Of a DNA stretch of 64,000 bases, positions 24,134-37,234 are shown piece after piece. The position numbers and the translations under genes were made by a program. The stretch is taken from assembly GCA_030704615.1 (NCBI GenBank), contig CM060732.1:76818001-76882000 (forward strand). The letters are read 5' to 3'. How positions within the stretch are numbered: the stretch's first letter is position 1; each line of letters begins with the position of its first letter. Source of the stretch: Takakia lepidozioides (taxonomy: Eukaryota; Plantae; Bryophyta). The notes beneath the pieces were generated by a model. The model did not search any database and was not told where the DNA came from. It saw only the letters and a program-made list of their open reading frames with translations.

Positions 24134-27100
24134 GATGAAGAAAGCTAGGAGGGCTTTGAATTTGTCAGAGGGAGGGAGCGATCGTGAGGGGGAGGGTTCT
24201 GTGGGCGAAGGGATGGAGAGTCTGGCAGGGAAGGAGCCCATTCTGGACAAGCAACTCGAGGATCTGTTGGAGCTGCCTCTATTGCAATCGATACCGGAGG
24301 AGGAAGTCAAAAGGGAGAGCGGTGCTCCTGCGGAGGAGGAGGCAACGCAACAAAGTCCGCAGAGGGGCCTGCCGACAAGGGGGCGGCCCTCCTCCATGCA
24401 GCTGTCTATGCGCCCGTTGAAGAAGAAGGCTCAAGTGGAAAGCAGCGTCGGGTTGGGAGAGGAGGAAACTTCCAGCGGTGGACAGAGTTTGATCCAGGTG
24501 AGTTCAGTAGCACATTGGCTTTACATGACCTTGTTCCCTGACTCGTAGCGATAAGAAGAGCAGTAAGAAACATACATTTGAGATTGTTTGAAGATGACTT
24601 TGACGATAGCTTAAAACGGCATCGCATCATGTCCACCATTGCATTCGCAAGGGTTTCGAACAAGTCCAGAACAAGGTGATTAAGCTATTGTTGACGACAG
24701 CTTAATCTGCCACCTCCGAGAGGCATAGCTCTTCGTTCTAGCGAGCCCAATGCTGTCGTTGTATGAGTGCAATAGCCTGCAATATGTACATGATTAAGAT
24801 GGCGTTGACGACACCTTAATCTGGGCCTGCAATGCTTACCTTCATTATGCTTTTTGGCAGAGAAAGCGGAAGAAGGCTTGGGAGAGTCGGCGTCCGATCT
24901 CATCTGTGGATCCTGCAGTTCAAGAGTAGACCATGCCAGAGCAGGGTCATGTCATGGTCATGTCACTCAGGAGGATGAGGTGCAAATAATGCAGTATCCA
25001 CGACAGGTCACAGGCACTGAGGAGCAGCAGAAAAACACACAAGTGCCTCCGCAATCCGTGAAGGAGAAGAGCCAGGTGCAAGGCAGAAAGCGTGCAGGGG
25101 AGGGGCGGATCTTCCAGCGGAGGAACGAAGCCAGAGAAGGTTAGTTCATACATTCGAATCCATGGTTTTTGCAACACAAAGGAGTTAGATTGAGGTGTCG
25201 ATAACGCCACCTAAAAGGTCACCTTTGCAGGTAATGGTTTACGTAGGAAGGTTAAAATGAAGGAAGATTAAGGTGTCGTTGACGACACCTTAATCTGCCA
25301 CTGCGTTAAACCAAAAACAGGGAGAAAACACCCAAGAACTACAACAGATTAAGCTATCGTTGACGACAGCTTAATATGCCATTGCATTCAACTTCGAACA
25401 TGGGGAAACCACCTTGAAAAACAGCAGATTAAGATGTCATTGACGACATCTTAATCTGCCTCCCCATTCAACCAAAAATATGGGAAAAACACCCTAGAAC
25501 TATAGCAGATTAAGGTGTCGTTCACAACATCTTAATCTACCAATAAATCCAACCCAAAACATGGGGAAAACAGTCTAGTACTACAGCAGATGAAGGTGTC
25601 GTCGACACCTTAATCTGCCTCTGCAATCAAAACAAACATGGGAGAAACAGTCTACAACTACAGCAGATTAAGCTGTCGTCAACGACAGCTTAATCTGCCA
25701 CTGCAGTCAACCTCATACATGGGGAATTCACTCTAGGAAAACATTCGATTAAGCTGTCGTTGACGACATCTTAATCTGCCAATGAATTGAACATTAAACA
25801 TCCAAAAAACACCCTACAACTACCAGTATAACGGGGAGCAGGCAATGAAACGAGTTCTGTACAAGTACTGCCTTTTATGTTGATGGCACTACATTAAGAT
25901 GTCGTTAACGACATCTTAAAACAGGCATTGTCTGTAGTGCAAATAGCAATTTTTCGGTACTACACAAAGAATTCGATGTATGAACTGGGTCGATTTAAGG
26001 TGGCGTTGACGACACCTTAAATCGGTGCCCTTTGGGCTCTTCAAAACTGAACAGTTGCACACATCTGTTTCTTGTTCATCTACAGGTCTTCATTGTTTTG
26101 TTGTGCTTCCTGCAATTTAAGATGTCGTCAACGACATCTTAAAACAGGCATCCTTTTGTAGTCCAGCAAGTCATTTTTCGTCAGACAACGAAAAAAATAC
26201 CATGTGCGTAGGGGTCGATTTAAGTTGGTGTTGACGACATCTTAAATTGTTGTTCTTTGGGCTCTTGGAAATAGTTCAGTTGAGCATGTATGTTTTCTGT
26301 TGTTCTGTAGTTCTTCAATTTTTGTTCAAGTTCCTGGATTTTAAGATGTCGTCAACGACATCTTAATGTGTAGTCTGAAAATATGCAGTGAACAGGTGAG
26401 TTCTTGTGGTCTATGGGGATATATGCTCTGAGGAAGAACACTGGTGTGGATGCAGGTACTTTCACTTCGTTCTTATTCCAGATAAGGCTCTCAGTGATGA
26501 TCCGGACTTTTATTCGTGGATGGACGAACCCAGACGACGACACCACTATGTTCACTGCGGGAATTGTGAAGGACTGGGGTCGGGCTCATTACAGCGATTG
26601 CGGGTGGTACCTCGACTGCCCTCGGCAGTCCACTCCGTGGGAGGAGAACGTCTTGAGGAATTAGAATGAGAATGCAGATGCCTTGGCACCCCGGACAGAT
26701 GAGGAGTTGCAGGCTAGGTTCCTTGCGCAGCTGAGTAAGAAGGAGCCAGCAAAGACGGCCACCCCCGCGGGTGGGAAGAAGAAAAACAAAGTGAAACAGA
26801 CTGCGGAGGCAGGTGGGTCTGCCGGTGCTGCGGCTGCCGTTGATTCTGGGTCAGGGCCTGTAGGGACTGGTGGGGCAGTTCTTGATCACCCATAGGCAGA
26901 TCATCGCATTGTGCGTACAGAGGTCCAACAGATTTCCGTGACAGTTGATGAAAGGACTAACCACAGGGCAGGGAAACGATCTTACGAAGCCCGACTTTGT
27001 GTCTTCAGAGTAGTGGGTCCGCACTTCCAGCGGAAAACGACAAACGTCAGCTTCCTGCATATGATGGAGTCCAGGAAGTCCACATTCACAGGGGTCAAAT

Positions 27101-28560
27101 GTCCTGCATGGGACCACCTCTGCTCTTTCCTCACCCTGGTAATGCCCATGCATCTTTCAACTTTGATTCCCATTTCATGACATTGTGGGGTTTTGGATTT
27201 GCTGGATTAAGATGTCATCAACGACATCTTAATCCACCAGTGCTTTGTACTACCAGTTCCCTAAATGTACACCAACTACCCAATTTGATTCGCTTGCATT
27301 TGCTTTTGGCAGGTGACAAAGAATCCATGCTGGGTGAACGGTGTCCAGCAGCCTTACGCCGCTGACCTTGTAATCCTTGACATCCCGGATGGGCAGCCTG
27401 TGCTTGATATCATTCCCCCTGCTGTGTCTCCACAGTGGAATGCTCAAAACCCTCTGTATTGGCAGTGGGCATTCTCTTTCTGCAACAAGTTCCTCTCTGA
27501 CGCAAGGGGCCTTCTGATATTTCAATCTGACGACATGGCATTCCGCCGGATTCTTCATAGCTACATGAAGTCCTCTGGGTTCCAAATCAACAAAATATGG
27601 ACATGTGTTAATACACTGCCTCTGTCAAAGGGGGAGTTTCCAAGGCAGAAGGTATTTCCCGTAATTTTCATTGGTCTTCGTCCGTGTTGTCGTTGAATAC
27701 CCATAGTTGCTGACATATTTCCATTGTTGCTGGTGCAGACCCATGTGTTCAAGGCCATTTGCCTGTCACGAATTTGGCCTGCCAACAATCCTACTTATAT
27801 TGGGCATTTCGACATTTGGGGAGGAGGTCTGCACATAGACCCAGATTGCGACCCAGTCGAATCTGATGTTATTCACAACTATGTGGATGCGTCCCAGACT
27901 CTGAAAAAGACTGGAGGAATTCCATGGAGAGGTGCCCGGGAGAAGTCGCCCGCGTTCATGCAGACCTTCATTGAGACATGCAGCCGGCATGGTGGCAAAG
28001 TGGCTGACCTCTCCATGGGCACAGGTGCATGCCGAAACTCTTCTCCATTCTTCGTTGCACATGTTCATCTCATGTTTTTACTTCTGACATGGTATCGTGC
28101 TTTCATTCGCTATCCTACAGGGGCTTCGTTCCATGCATGCAAGTGTGCAGGAAGACATCTTTTTGGGTTTGAGGGGGACGATGAGCTTTACTCTCGAGTC
28201 ATCGCTCCACTCTCTGAGAGATCCTCGCATTCGACCCAGACTAAGAAGATTGTTGAGGAGGAGGATCTGCATGAGCCGGATGCTTTGGATGTTCATGTGA
28301 GTAAGTGCATGTTCTTTTGTGGCAACTCATAGACCCCATGACGGATCCTTTTGGTGCTCCTTTGTTTGGCTGCAGTTTGGCTTCCAGAGTATTTACCAAT
28401 TTTACTCATTACTGTGTGGTTGCAGGAGTGTCGCGGCCCTTTGCCTTGAGGGCAGGGGGGTCGGGTCGCAGAGGGGCTGCCCCTGTGGTGGGGGCGGTGG
28501 CAGCAATAGGTACGGGGGGCTGAAGCAACCTCGAGTGCCCAAAGCACTCGAGGAGGCGGA
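24134..28560 (+). pseudogene. Spliced beta-class (N6_N4-type) DNA amino-methyltransferase-like gene, copy A (frameshifted, ParB exon absent)
   Basis: Motif IV-like ADLVILDIPDG precedes WRGAREKSPAFM..KVADLSMGTG/ASFHACKCAGRHLFGFEGD (motifs X-I-II), i.e. the permuted beta order. GT-AG introns; clear homology to 55177-57375. Confidence 0.72.
24679..27233. repeat. About 16 further copies of the 28-bp palindrome inside predicted introns, including an ~81-bp-period array at 25189-25775
   Basis: Copies at ~24679, 24793, 25189, 25267, 25348, 25428, 25509, 25590, 25667, 25748, 25893, 25994, 26116, 26219, 26340 and 27206. Confidence 0.92.
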
Positions 28561-28599
28561 GGCACTCACTAGGTAGAGCCCCGCGGTGGGGGTGGCTCC

Positions 28600-31500
28600 A
28601 CAAGGGGTGGTGGTAGCTTAGTGGGACTTAGTGGGGGTGGCATAGGACTCACCATGGGGGCGGAGACCTTGTGGTGGGAGTCGTGGGGAGTCTTGGGACT
28701 CATCACGGTCCAAGGGGACCGTGGTGGGTGGGCCAAGACTCACCGCGACTCATCACCGGGAATCGAGGGTTTTCGTGGTGGTTCGCCATAAAATGGTGGT
28801 GTTGTTTGTGAAACCCCCGCGGACAGTCACAGAAGTATATATAGGGAGTAGTAACCCCGAGAACGGTGCAAGCCCGTTGGTGTCCAAAAACTAGTGAATA
28901 AGCGTGCGAGCCGGAAAGCAACCAAGGTGTGGGGAGCTATTCCGGACTGCCATCGACCAAAGGGAATTTCCACTAGGCTCAAATTGGGAGAGGGTCTAGT
29001 GGAGGAGTAAAGGGGGACCGTTATGCCCCGGTGAGCAGCCGAAGCTCCGAGTTGGCCCGGTGGCCAGTTTGGGAGTTAGGCGCGCGCATCAAGCGAGTAA
29101 CTATGACTTGAAGGGGAGCTTACCAAAGTGAGGTGCGCGACACTTGGTATCAGAGCTTAGAGTTCAGTACGCGATCGTCCTTGGGATCGGGCAAGCCAAA
29201 GCGAAAGCGGAACGGCCCGAAAGATGATGATCCTGGTGAGCCCGATGGGGGCGACGTGTCACCGAAGCGGCCATTTGAGGAAGCGATGCATGCCTTTGGA
29301 AGCGAGGCCGCTCAAGGACGGGAGGAATCTGAGGAGTCGGAGCCCGAGGAATCCCTGAGAGCTCCGACAGACCAACAGATGCCTCCCATGCCAGCAGCCT
29401 TTTGGGAAGGGTTGTTAGCGCAGTTTGGTAGGCGTCCGAAATCGGAAGGCACTCAACACCTGGCTCTTGGAGCTAGAGCAGTACTTCCGGGCGACCAAGT
29501 TGGATGACGAGGATCGGGTGGAAGTGGCTCCCACCTATTTGAGGGGCTATGCTCAACAATGGTGGCAGAAACGCCTTCACGACCGAGGTCCAAACCCGGA
29601 GACCTTGAACTGGAATGGGTTCAAGGAACTCATGAAGAGACAGTTTGTGCCCCTCAATGCGTCCTGGCTCGCCCGGGACAAGATGAGGAATTTGAAGCAA
29701 ACGGATGACATTCGGGGATATGTTCAGGCTTTCAATGTGTTGTTGCTCGAAGTCGCGGACATGGCAGAACCAGAAATGGTCTTCAACTTTGTGGCGGGAT
29801 TGGCCCCATGGGCCAGACGGAAGTTGGAGGAGAAGCCACCTAAGACTTTGAACGAGGCAATTGAAAGGGCTGAATGTTTCTTGGATGTCCCTAGGGGCGA
29901 AAGACAAGGCCGTACGGAGCTGAACCACAAGAAGGTCCGGCGGGAAGGTGACTCCTTCCGACCGGAAAAGAAGTGGGATAGGCCACGCGGCGACAATGAC
30001 ACATGGAAATCGAAGGGAGGGCCCTCACACGTCAAGACGACACCCGGTGCCTCGAAAGGGAAACCAGGTGTGGCGGCTTATGGCGGACAGAAGGCGACCT
30101 TTGATGGAGTGTGCTTTAATTGCGGGGAGCCCGGGCACATGGCCAAGAAGTGTACGAATCCCCGACAATTGAACATGACTCGGGCAACCATGGAGTTATC
30201 CGAAGCCTCCATCAGCCACTTGGTGGAGGCGGTGGTCGCCAAGACTTGCAAGGTAGGCAACTACTCTTGTGAGTTGTATCAGGAAATTGGCGCCTTGCGT
30301 AAAGAGAGTCAGTTAATGTTTGTGAGTGGGATAATCTCCGGAACTAACGTATCGTTGTTGGTGGACACAGGAGCGTCGCACTCCTTCATGACACCGGCAA
30401 CGGCACGGAAGCTGGGACTCCCGACAAGTGATGTGGGGGCCTCGATTGAGGTGCGTTCTGCTAAAGGAGAACCACAATTGGCGACGAGGTTGGCATTCGA
30501 TGTTCCTCTTTAGTTCGAGAGTTGGGAGGGACGTGAGAACTTCACCATTTGCGAGATCGATGGAGTGGATCTCATTTTGGGGATGACCTTTTTGAGCAGA
30601 TCCGGAGCGGTCATAGATGGCTGCAAAAGAGTAGTCACGCTACCGTGTGGAAATGGTGGCGAAGTTTTACGAGTGTCGGAAACGCCCAACCCCGTGGGAG
30701 GGCGAATAAACCTTCTGTCAGCAAGGGAGTGGGCCGTGGAGGAGCCACACGAGCCCCAGTTTTTGCTTTACGTAAGACAAGTGAAGGAAAAAGGCGATGG
30801 GGAGCCAAGCCCAGATTGGATCAAGGGGATTTTGGAGAAATATCAGGATGTGATGCCGGAGGATTTACCAAGCGGCTTGCCACCACGAAGAGGAGTTGAC
30901 CACAAAATTGAGGTAATACCGGGATCGGAGCTGCCTGCCAAGGCACCCTATCGGTTGAGCCACAAAGAGTTGGTCGAGCTGAAGACTTAACTCAAGGATC
31001 TAAAGGGGTACATCCGGCCGAGTAAGTCACCTTACGGAGCCCCAGTGCTATTCGCAGACAAGAGGGATGGGGCGCTGCGGATGTGTGTCGATCACAGGGC
31101 TCTAAATAAGGTGACTATAAAAAATCGATACCCTTTGCCAAGGATCGATGACCTCTTCGATCGGTTGGTAGGAGCGAAGTATTTCAGCCGGATCGATTTG
31201 CGCTCCGGATATCATCAAATTCGAGTGGCGGAAGGAGATGAGGAAAAGACTGCGTGCAGGACAAGGTATGGTTCCTATGAGTTCTTGGTGATGCCCTTTG
31301 GGCTCACCAACGCACCCGCAACCTTTAGCACGCTAATGAACAGCCTTTTCCGATAGTGGTTGGACGACTTTGTGATCGTGTACATCGACGACATCTTGGT
31401 GTACTCGAAAATAAAGGAAGAGCACCTGGAGCACCTCAAAAGGGTGTTCCAGAAATTACGGGAAGGAAAGCTGTATGCCAAAGCTTCAAAGTGCGAATTC

Positions 31501-34500
31501 GGGGTCACAAAAGTGGAGTTCTTGGGGCATGTGATTACACAGGATGGGATCAAAATGGATGACAGAAAGGTGAGAGCAATCTTGGACTGGGAGCCTCCAA
31601 CTTTGATCCCAGGAGTGCGATCCTTCTGAGGACTCGCCTCCTATTACCGAAAGTATGTGAGAAATTTCGCCAAGATCGCGGGGCCGCTGTCAGACCTCCT
31701 GTGTAAATCCAAAGTCTGGGTATGGAACACCTTTTGTGGCCAAGCTTTTGCCGAGTTGAAGCAGCGGATGGCGGAAGCTTCAGTCCTGAAAATCCCGGAG
31801 TTCGACTGCCCATTTGAGATTCATACGGATGCGTCGGACTTCGCGATTGGAGGTGTACTCATACAGGAGGGACGTCCAGTGGCTTACGAAAGTAAGAAAC
31901 TGAATGAAGTGGAGCGGCGGTGGCCAACGCACGAGAAAGAAATGAAGGCGGTGGTGCATTGCCTTGAGCTTTGGCGCACTATATTGGCTCCAACCCGGTG
32001 AAGGTGTTCACGGACAATGTCACGGTGAAGTATTTTGCCACGCAGCCTATGTTGTCTCCAAAATAAATTAGGTGACAAGACACTTTGGCACTGTTCGACG
32101 TGGATATCCAGTACAAACCGGGACGGGACAATGTGGTGGCCGATGCTTTAAGTAGAAAGTAGCAGCTCATGATGGTGTACAGGGGCGAGACGGCGCTCCA
32201 AAGGAAGATTCGGAAGGCTTACCGGAAGGATGAGATGACGAAGTCCGTGACGCGGGACTTGAGGATGGGCTTCCGCAATTCGTGTGGATACACGGCAACG
32301 TTGTTTAGAGATGATAAGGAGGAATCCAGATGGGGCTATCCCTTCTCCTACTTTTACAGGAAGATTTGTCCATGCAAAGTTTGCGGAGGCGACAACCACC
32401 CAGTTCTGGTTCTGCAGGCACGACATTATGACTTGCATGTATGGAAAGCCCAAGTACGGCATACAAACAATGCCAGAGGCTCCCCCGGTGTGGCCGGTGG
32501 AACCAGGCTGCGATCTGAGTCAGGTTGAGGCCGACGCCCTTACCGCCGCAGGATTTCGGATGGTGCAGCGCACTGACGTCCCCAGACAACCATTTCCGCT
32601 TCCACAGCCTCCACCACCGACCCCTGTGAGAGCAAGAACAATGGGACACGACAGCATCCTACACACCGTTAAATCGGAGTTCCACTTGCAAAATGGACTG
32701 CTCCGGTATAAGCAAAAACGTCTCTATGTGCCGATGGGAGGGATCAGAGATAGTCTCTTGAGATAATGCCAGGATGGCCCATTTGCGGGCCACGGTGGAG
32801 CCAAGCGTACCGTGGCACTCCTGAAGAAGGAGTATTTTTGGCCCAAACTGAGGGAGGAGGCCGAGGAGTATGTCAAGACATGCACCACATGCCAACAAAA
32901 CCGGAGCGAGTACAAAAAGCAAGCAGGGCTGTTACAACCCTTGCCGATTCCAGAGGGGTCTTGGGAAAGTGTCTCGATGGACTTCATGATTGCTATGCCG
33001 CTGTCAAAAGGATTCGACGCAATTATGGTGGTGGTGGATAGGTTCAGTAAAATGGGTCATTTCATCCCCACCAAGGAGACGGCAACGGCGCAAGAGACGG
33101 GGCGACTTTACTTCGCCCACGTCTTCAAGCATCATGGACTCCCGAAGGATATAGACTCGGACCGCGATCCAAAGTTTACTAGTAAATTTTGGAGGGTACT
33201 TTGGAAGAAAATGGGGACGAGGCTCAAAATGAGCACCGCCTTCCGACCTACGACGGACGGCCAAACGGAAAAGGTGAATTCCGTGGTGAAGCAGATTTTG
33301 CGGAATTACGTGTCGGCAGACCAATCGGACTGGGTGGAGCACTTGGATGCGGCAGAGTTCTGTTATAATAACACAAAACATTCCGCAACATGAGTTTCCC
33401 CTTTCGTATTGGTCTATGGAAAAACACCTCTGGTGCCGATAAGTTGGGCCGCCCAAGACGTTGAGGAACCGGCAACAGCGGCAGTGCTGGAAGAACGCGA
33501 GCGTTTGTTGAAGCTCACAAAGTACAACATTGCCAAAGCTAGGAAACGGTATGAACGGCAGGCGAATCGGAAGCGGAGGGAGGTTAAGTTTGAGGCAGGC
33601 ACGGAGGTCTGGTTGAACATCAAAAAATTTCGACTACCTCCGGAAGTGAGTCCGAAGTTCGTACCTCCATATGCGGGACCCTTTCGCATCCGGAAGGTTA
33701 TGAATGAGGATGTGTATGAATTGGAGCTTCCGGCAGACAACAAGGTGCATCCGGTATTCCACATCTTCCTTTTGAAGCCTTACTTCAAAGATGAAGCGCG
33801 TCCAAATCGGCCTCAAGTGTTGCGTCCGCCACCTGTGCTGTTGGATCATGAAAATGAACCTGAGTACGAGGTGGAGGCAGTGCTTAAGTCGAGGAGGTTC
33901 AAGAATCGAGAAACGGAGTATCTCGTGAAATGGAAGGGCTATCATCATGTGGAGGCATCTTGGGTACGTGCCTCAGACATGGGAAACGCATCTGAGGCGG
34001 TTGCAGCTTTCGAAGGGCGACCTCAAAAGCGGAAGAAGCGTTGATGGGGACATCAACCTTAGAGCATGGGGGAGGAAATGCATGCTTAGCCCGGCTTAGC
34101 TAACTCAGGAATCCAATTGCAAAAACTTGTATTGTACAAATTTTGTTATAAAAGAAATGGTTTCCAAATGTTATGCGTCCTATTTTGTTTGGAATGGTGA
34201 TGCATGGTATGGTTGGCTAGTGTGTAGAATGCATGCTAAGCTTACGAAGTGGGAGAGGTAAATTGGATTAATCGTGTGTTTGTGTAGTGCCGAAATCGGG
34301 TGACTCCCACCCAAGGGGCAAGGAAACTTGCACCTTCGTTGGGAGTTCACGTGCTAGTGCGCACCTGGCGCGTGCGCGTACTATAACTGCACTACCGAGG
34401 GGGTTGCTTTGTAGTGCGGGCTAATGCGGAAGCTACGTGCTTCCGTTCACGTACTATAATCGTGTAACCTGGGGACGAAGTCGTAGTGCGGCTTCGGCGT

Positions 34501-34609
34501 GTTCCCGTACCTCAAGCCAACATTCCAAAGCGGACCCAATTGTAGTGATTGAGGCGCACGGTTGGTTCAAGGTTATCTTCCTAGTCAAAAAGGGTTCAAG
34601 GCGAACCCT
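28600..34609 (+). mobile_element. Ty3/gypsy chromovirus (degenerate); 3' LTR interrupted by the CACTA at 34610
   Basis: PBS TGGTATCAGAGC at 29145-29156; gag with CFNCGEPGHMAKKC; protease LVDTGASH; RT YIDDILVYS; RNase H TDASDFAIG; integrase SMDF / DRDPKF / DGQTEKVN; GPF motif; chromodomain YEVEAVL..YLVKWKGY..ASW; purine-rich PPT at ~34061-34078. Left boundary approximate. Confidence 0.93.
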
Positions 34610-35204
34610 CACTACAAGAGATGAACGTTTTTAGGACTACGGGTTTGGCGGAGTCATAAAAACTGCACTAGGTACATGACTACAGAGCGCTGAAATGCAT
34701 TACAGTTTTAGTTTTATGACTTTGTAGTAATGGATATCACTACATGACTCCGGAAAGTTAGGGAGCATTGGTCAAACATTGTTGACCATGATGACAGGGA
34801 TGGTTTATATGACTAGTGTAATATGTTTGACTACACGTGGATGACGTTTCATGGAATCTTATGACTCCATGACTGAAGATGGTTTCAGAGCTCTATTTAT
34901 ACGACTACATCACTACACGTGTCATTTTGAAGGCACATATAATGCAAATAAGGTTGCCCATTAGGTTTTTAAAAGTTAAATTTTTTGCTAATAAGGTTGC
35001 CCATTAGTGTAATCGTGAACAGAAAGGAGGGCTGGGACTTGGCGTCTTTTTGTCTCCTGCGCCACACCACATAGCTGAGGGATGGAACGCGATGATAGCA
35101 TGATATGCAGGGGCGTGAGATGGAGGCGTTGAGCAAATGATGCACGAAGGAGGAGAGAAGGAGGAGACGAGACGAGATGAGGACAAGCGAGCTCGCCGTT
35201 CTTG

Positions 35205-35890
35205 GGATAGTCAGCTTGGTCTTAGCAAGCGTGTTTCAATCTCTGACTACTCATCTACGCCGTAGTGGTTCAATCTGACAGACCAATCCGACATTACCTG
35301 ACTACAGACACAAGCAGCACACACAAGAGGTCATCGGTCAAATCCTCCATGGGTCAGGACAGGTCAAGGACAATGTGGTAGGGCACCTTCTTCTTCAACC
35401 TATTTCAGCCTGTGTTGCCATCTCATCAGACTCGGCCGCAAGATGCATATTGAATTCTGTAAGTTAGGTCGTTGGGTACATCTGTGGTGGTTTGGAGTGA
35501 CTTTGGCAAGTTACTGCCAGTGTGGCAGCAGGGAAGTATCCAAAAAATATAATAGAGGTGAGGAGAAGCGGTGGGGTGAACACTTTCCGACCCCAATGGT
35601 GGGACAATGGAGACAAAAGGGCGAATGCTTGTTGGACTACAGAGAGAAGCAGATGCATTTCAGATTGTGATAAGTAGGGTTGGGGTGTTTTGGGGAAGAA
35701 CTCCACACCAGTATGGTTGGGGTGTTTGCTGGTAGAATTGTAGGCTGTCAGAGGCATGGATAGCTGAAGGAGCAGGGATAGAGTGTGGGTCCACATTCAT
35801 CCAAGAGGGCTGGATTTCAAGCTCCACATTACCTATGATTCCCTGTGGAAGGATAGGTACAAGAAACCTACATGGGTAGATGGTCAACTG
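35205..35890 (+). pseudogene. Captured PPR-gene 5' module (inverted paralog of ~5270-5805 and 6960-7180)
   Basis: GGATAGCTGAAGGAGCAGGGATAGAGTGTGGGTCCACATTCATCCAAGAGGG and TCAGCTTGGTCTTAG match reverse complements in the first Pack-CACTA. Confidence 0.8.
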
Positions 35891-36729
35891 GAAGCGACAT
35901 GCTGTACTATATGTCATTCCAGAGACTGTCATTGTTGGTCCATGTGTTTTACAACAATGCTATCAATATAAGACTCCTGGTTCGCATTGGAAGCTCAATC
36001 CCTGCAAGTTCATTGTGTGTGAAGCTCAAACTTGCGATTTGAAGGATCTTGTAGCCAAGTTCATTCCACCGGAAAGGAGAAATTCTGAAAGCTCCCAAAT
36101 TTGATGTGGGCAAGCTTATGGAGGTAAGACTTAGCTTCCCTCCTCTAATGTAAGTGTTGGATAGGTTTCATTTAGTGTCGACCTTCACTGCATATATTGG
36201 CTCTTTTCTTGGCTGGTTTCATATTTTCTTGGCTGGTATGATGTTGGTTGGCTTCTTTCATTTCACGTGTGTAGTGGAAGGGGAGAAGTACTTTCCTAAG
36301 TTCTGCTGCAACAATGTCTTTTTCTAGCCTAGATGTTTTCGATGGATACAAATTGAAGTGTTTTGAATGTTGCTGCAATACTATAATAAAGTGGAGGGTG
36401 CTGAATGCAGTTGGCCTTGCTTCGTGCAGGCATAATCCAGGGAAATGTGGACATAGCTGAAACCCCATGATAGCATTTCCAGAGGATGGTGTGGATGGCC
36501 TCACAATCCAGCATGCAAAAATCCATGACAATGTGGAGCTGGCTGAATGGGCAAACAGGTTAAGTGGCGAACAAGCCACGTCACTGGTACATAGTTGCAT
36601 GCTTACATAGTACATGAAAGCGTACTATATGTCATTCCCGACATTGACCATGTTGGTCCATGTATTTTACAACAATGCTATCAATAAAAGACCAATGGTT
36701 CGCATTGGAAACTCTATCCCCGTAAGTGG

Positions 36730-36837
36730 CTTGTGCGTGATGCTCAAACTTGTGATTTGAAGGATCTTATACCCCAGTTCATTGCAGAGGTCATTGGAAA
36801 AGACATTGAGAAGGCAACAGCCGTTATCTATAATCTA
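36730..36837 (+). pseudogene. RPS3A: Captured ribosomal protein eS1/S3a fragment (shorter duplicate at ~36010-36070)
   Basis: Manual translation LVRDAQTCDLKDLIPQFIAEVIGKDIEKATAVIY, and CDLKDLVAKFIP in the duplicate. Confidence 0.75.
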
Positions 36838-37234
36838 TAGATCCCCTTCAATTTCATGTGGGAAAGCCGGCTGGCTGGAGGTCTAGTCTCACTTTCACTC
36901 ATCTAATGTCAGTGTTGTATCCATTGCAATGTGGAGATGTTTGAAACAACATTGGAGCATTTCTAGAGGATGGTCTGGATGGCCTTTCGTGGCGTGTGCC
37001 GAATCCATGGCAAGAAAACATTGCAGGCAGAACCCATGGCAATGGTACCAGCACGGGTTGGTCCAAAGCCAATTGCAACAACAAATGAATAAAGGGTGCT
37101 GAAAGGAAAGCACTCCATAATTGATCATAAAATCCAGTGTCCAAGCATGATATCTTAATGGGAATGCGAAGGGAGTGTTACCACCTTAAACTATCATGCA
37201 TGGTCTATAACTGGAGTGCACAAATCGCGCATAT

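Larger units (their letters stand above)
13326..28580. mobile_element. Element A: large Mutator-like DNA transposon (transposase on -, MTase-like gene on +, palindrome arrays); right end lost at the gypsy LTR
   Basis: Putative terminus GGGCAGCTACCGTGTGAGC with a GTGAGC/GCTCAC cluster at 13326-13410. The same 28-bp palindrome occurs on both sides of the transposase, linking the two genes into one unit. Boundaries are inferred. Confidence 0.65.
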
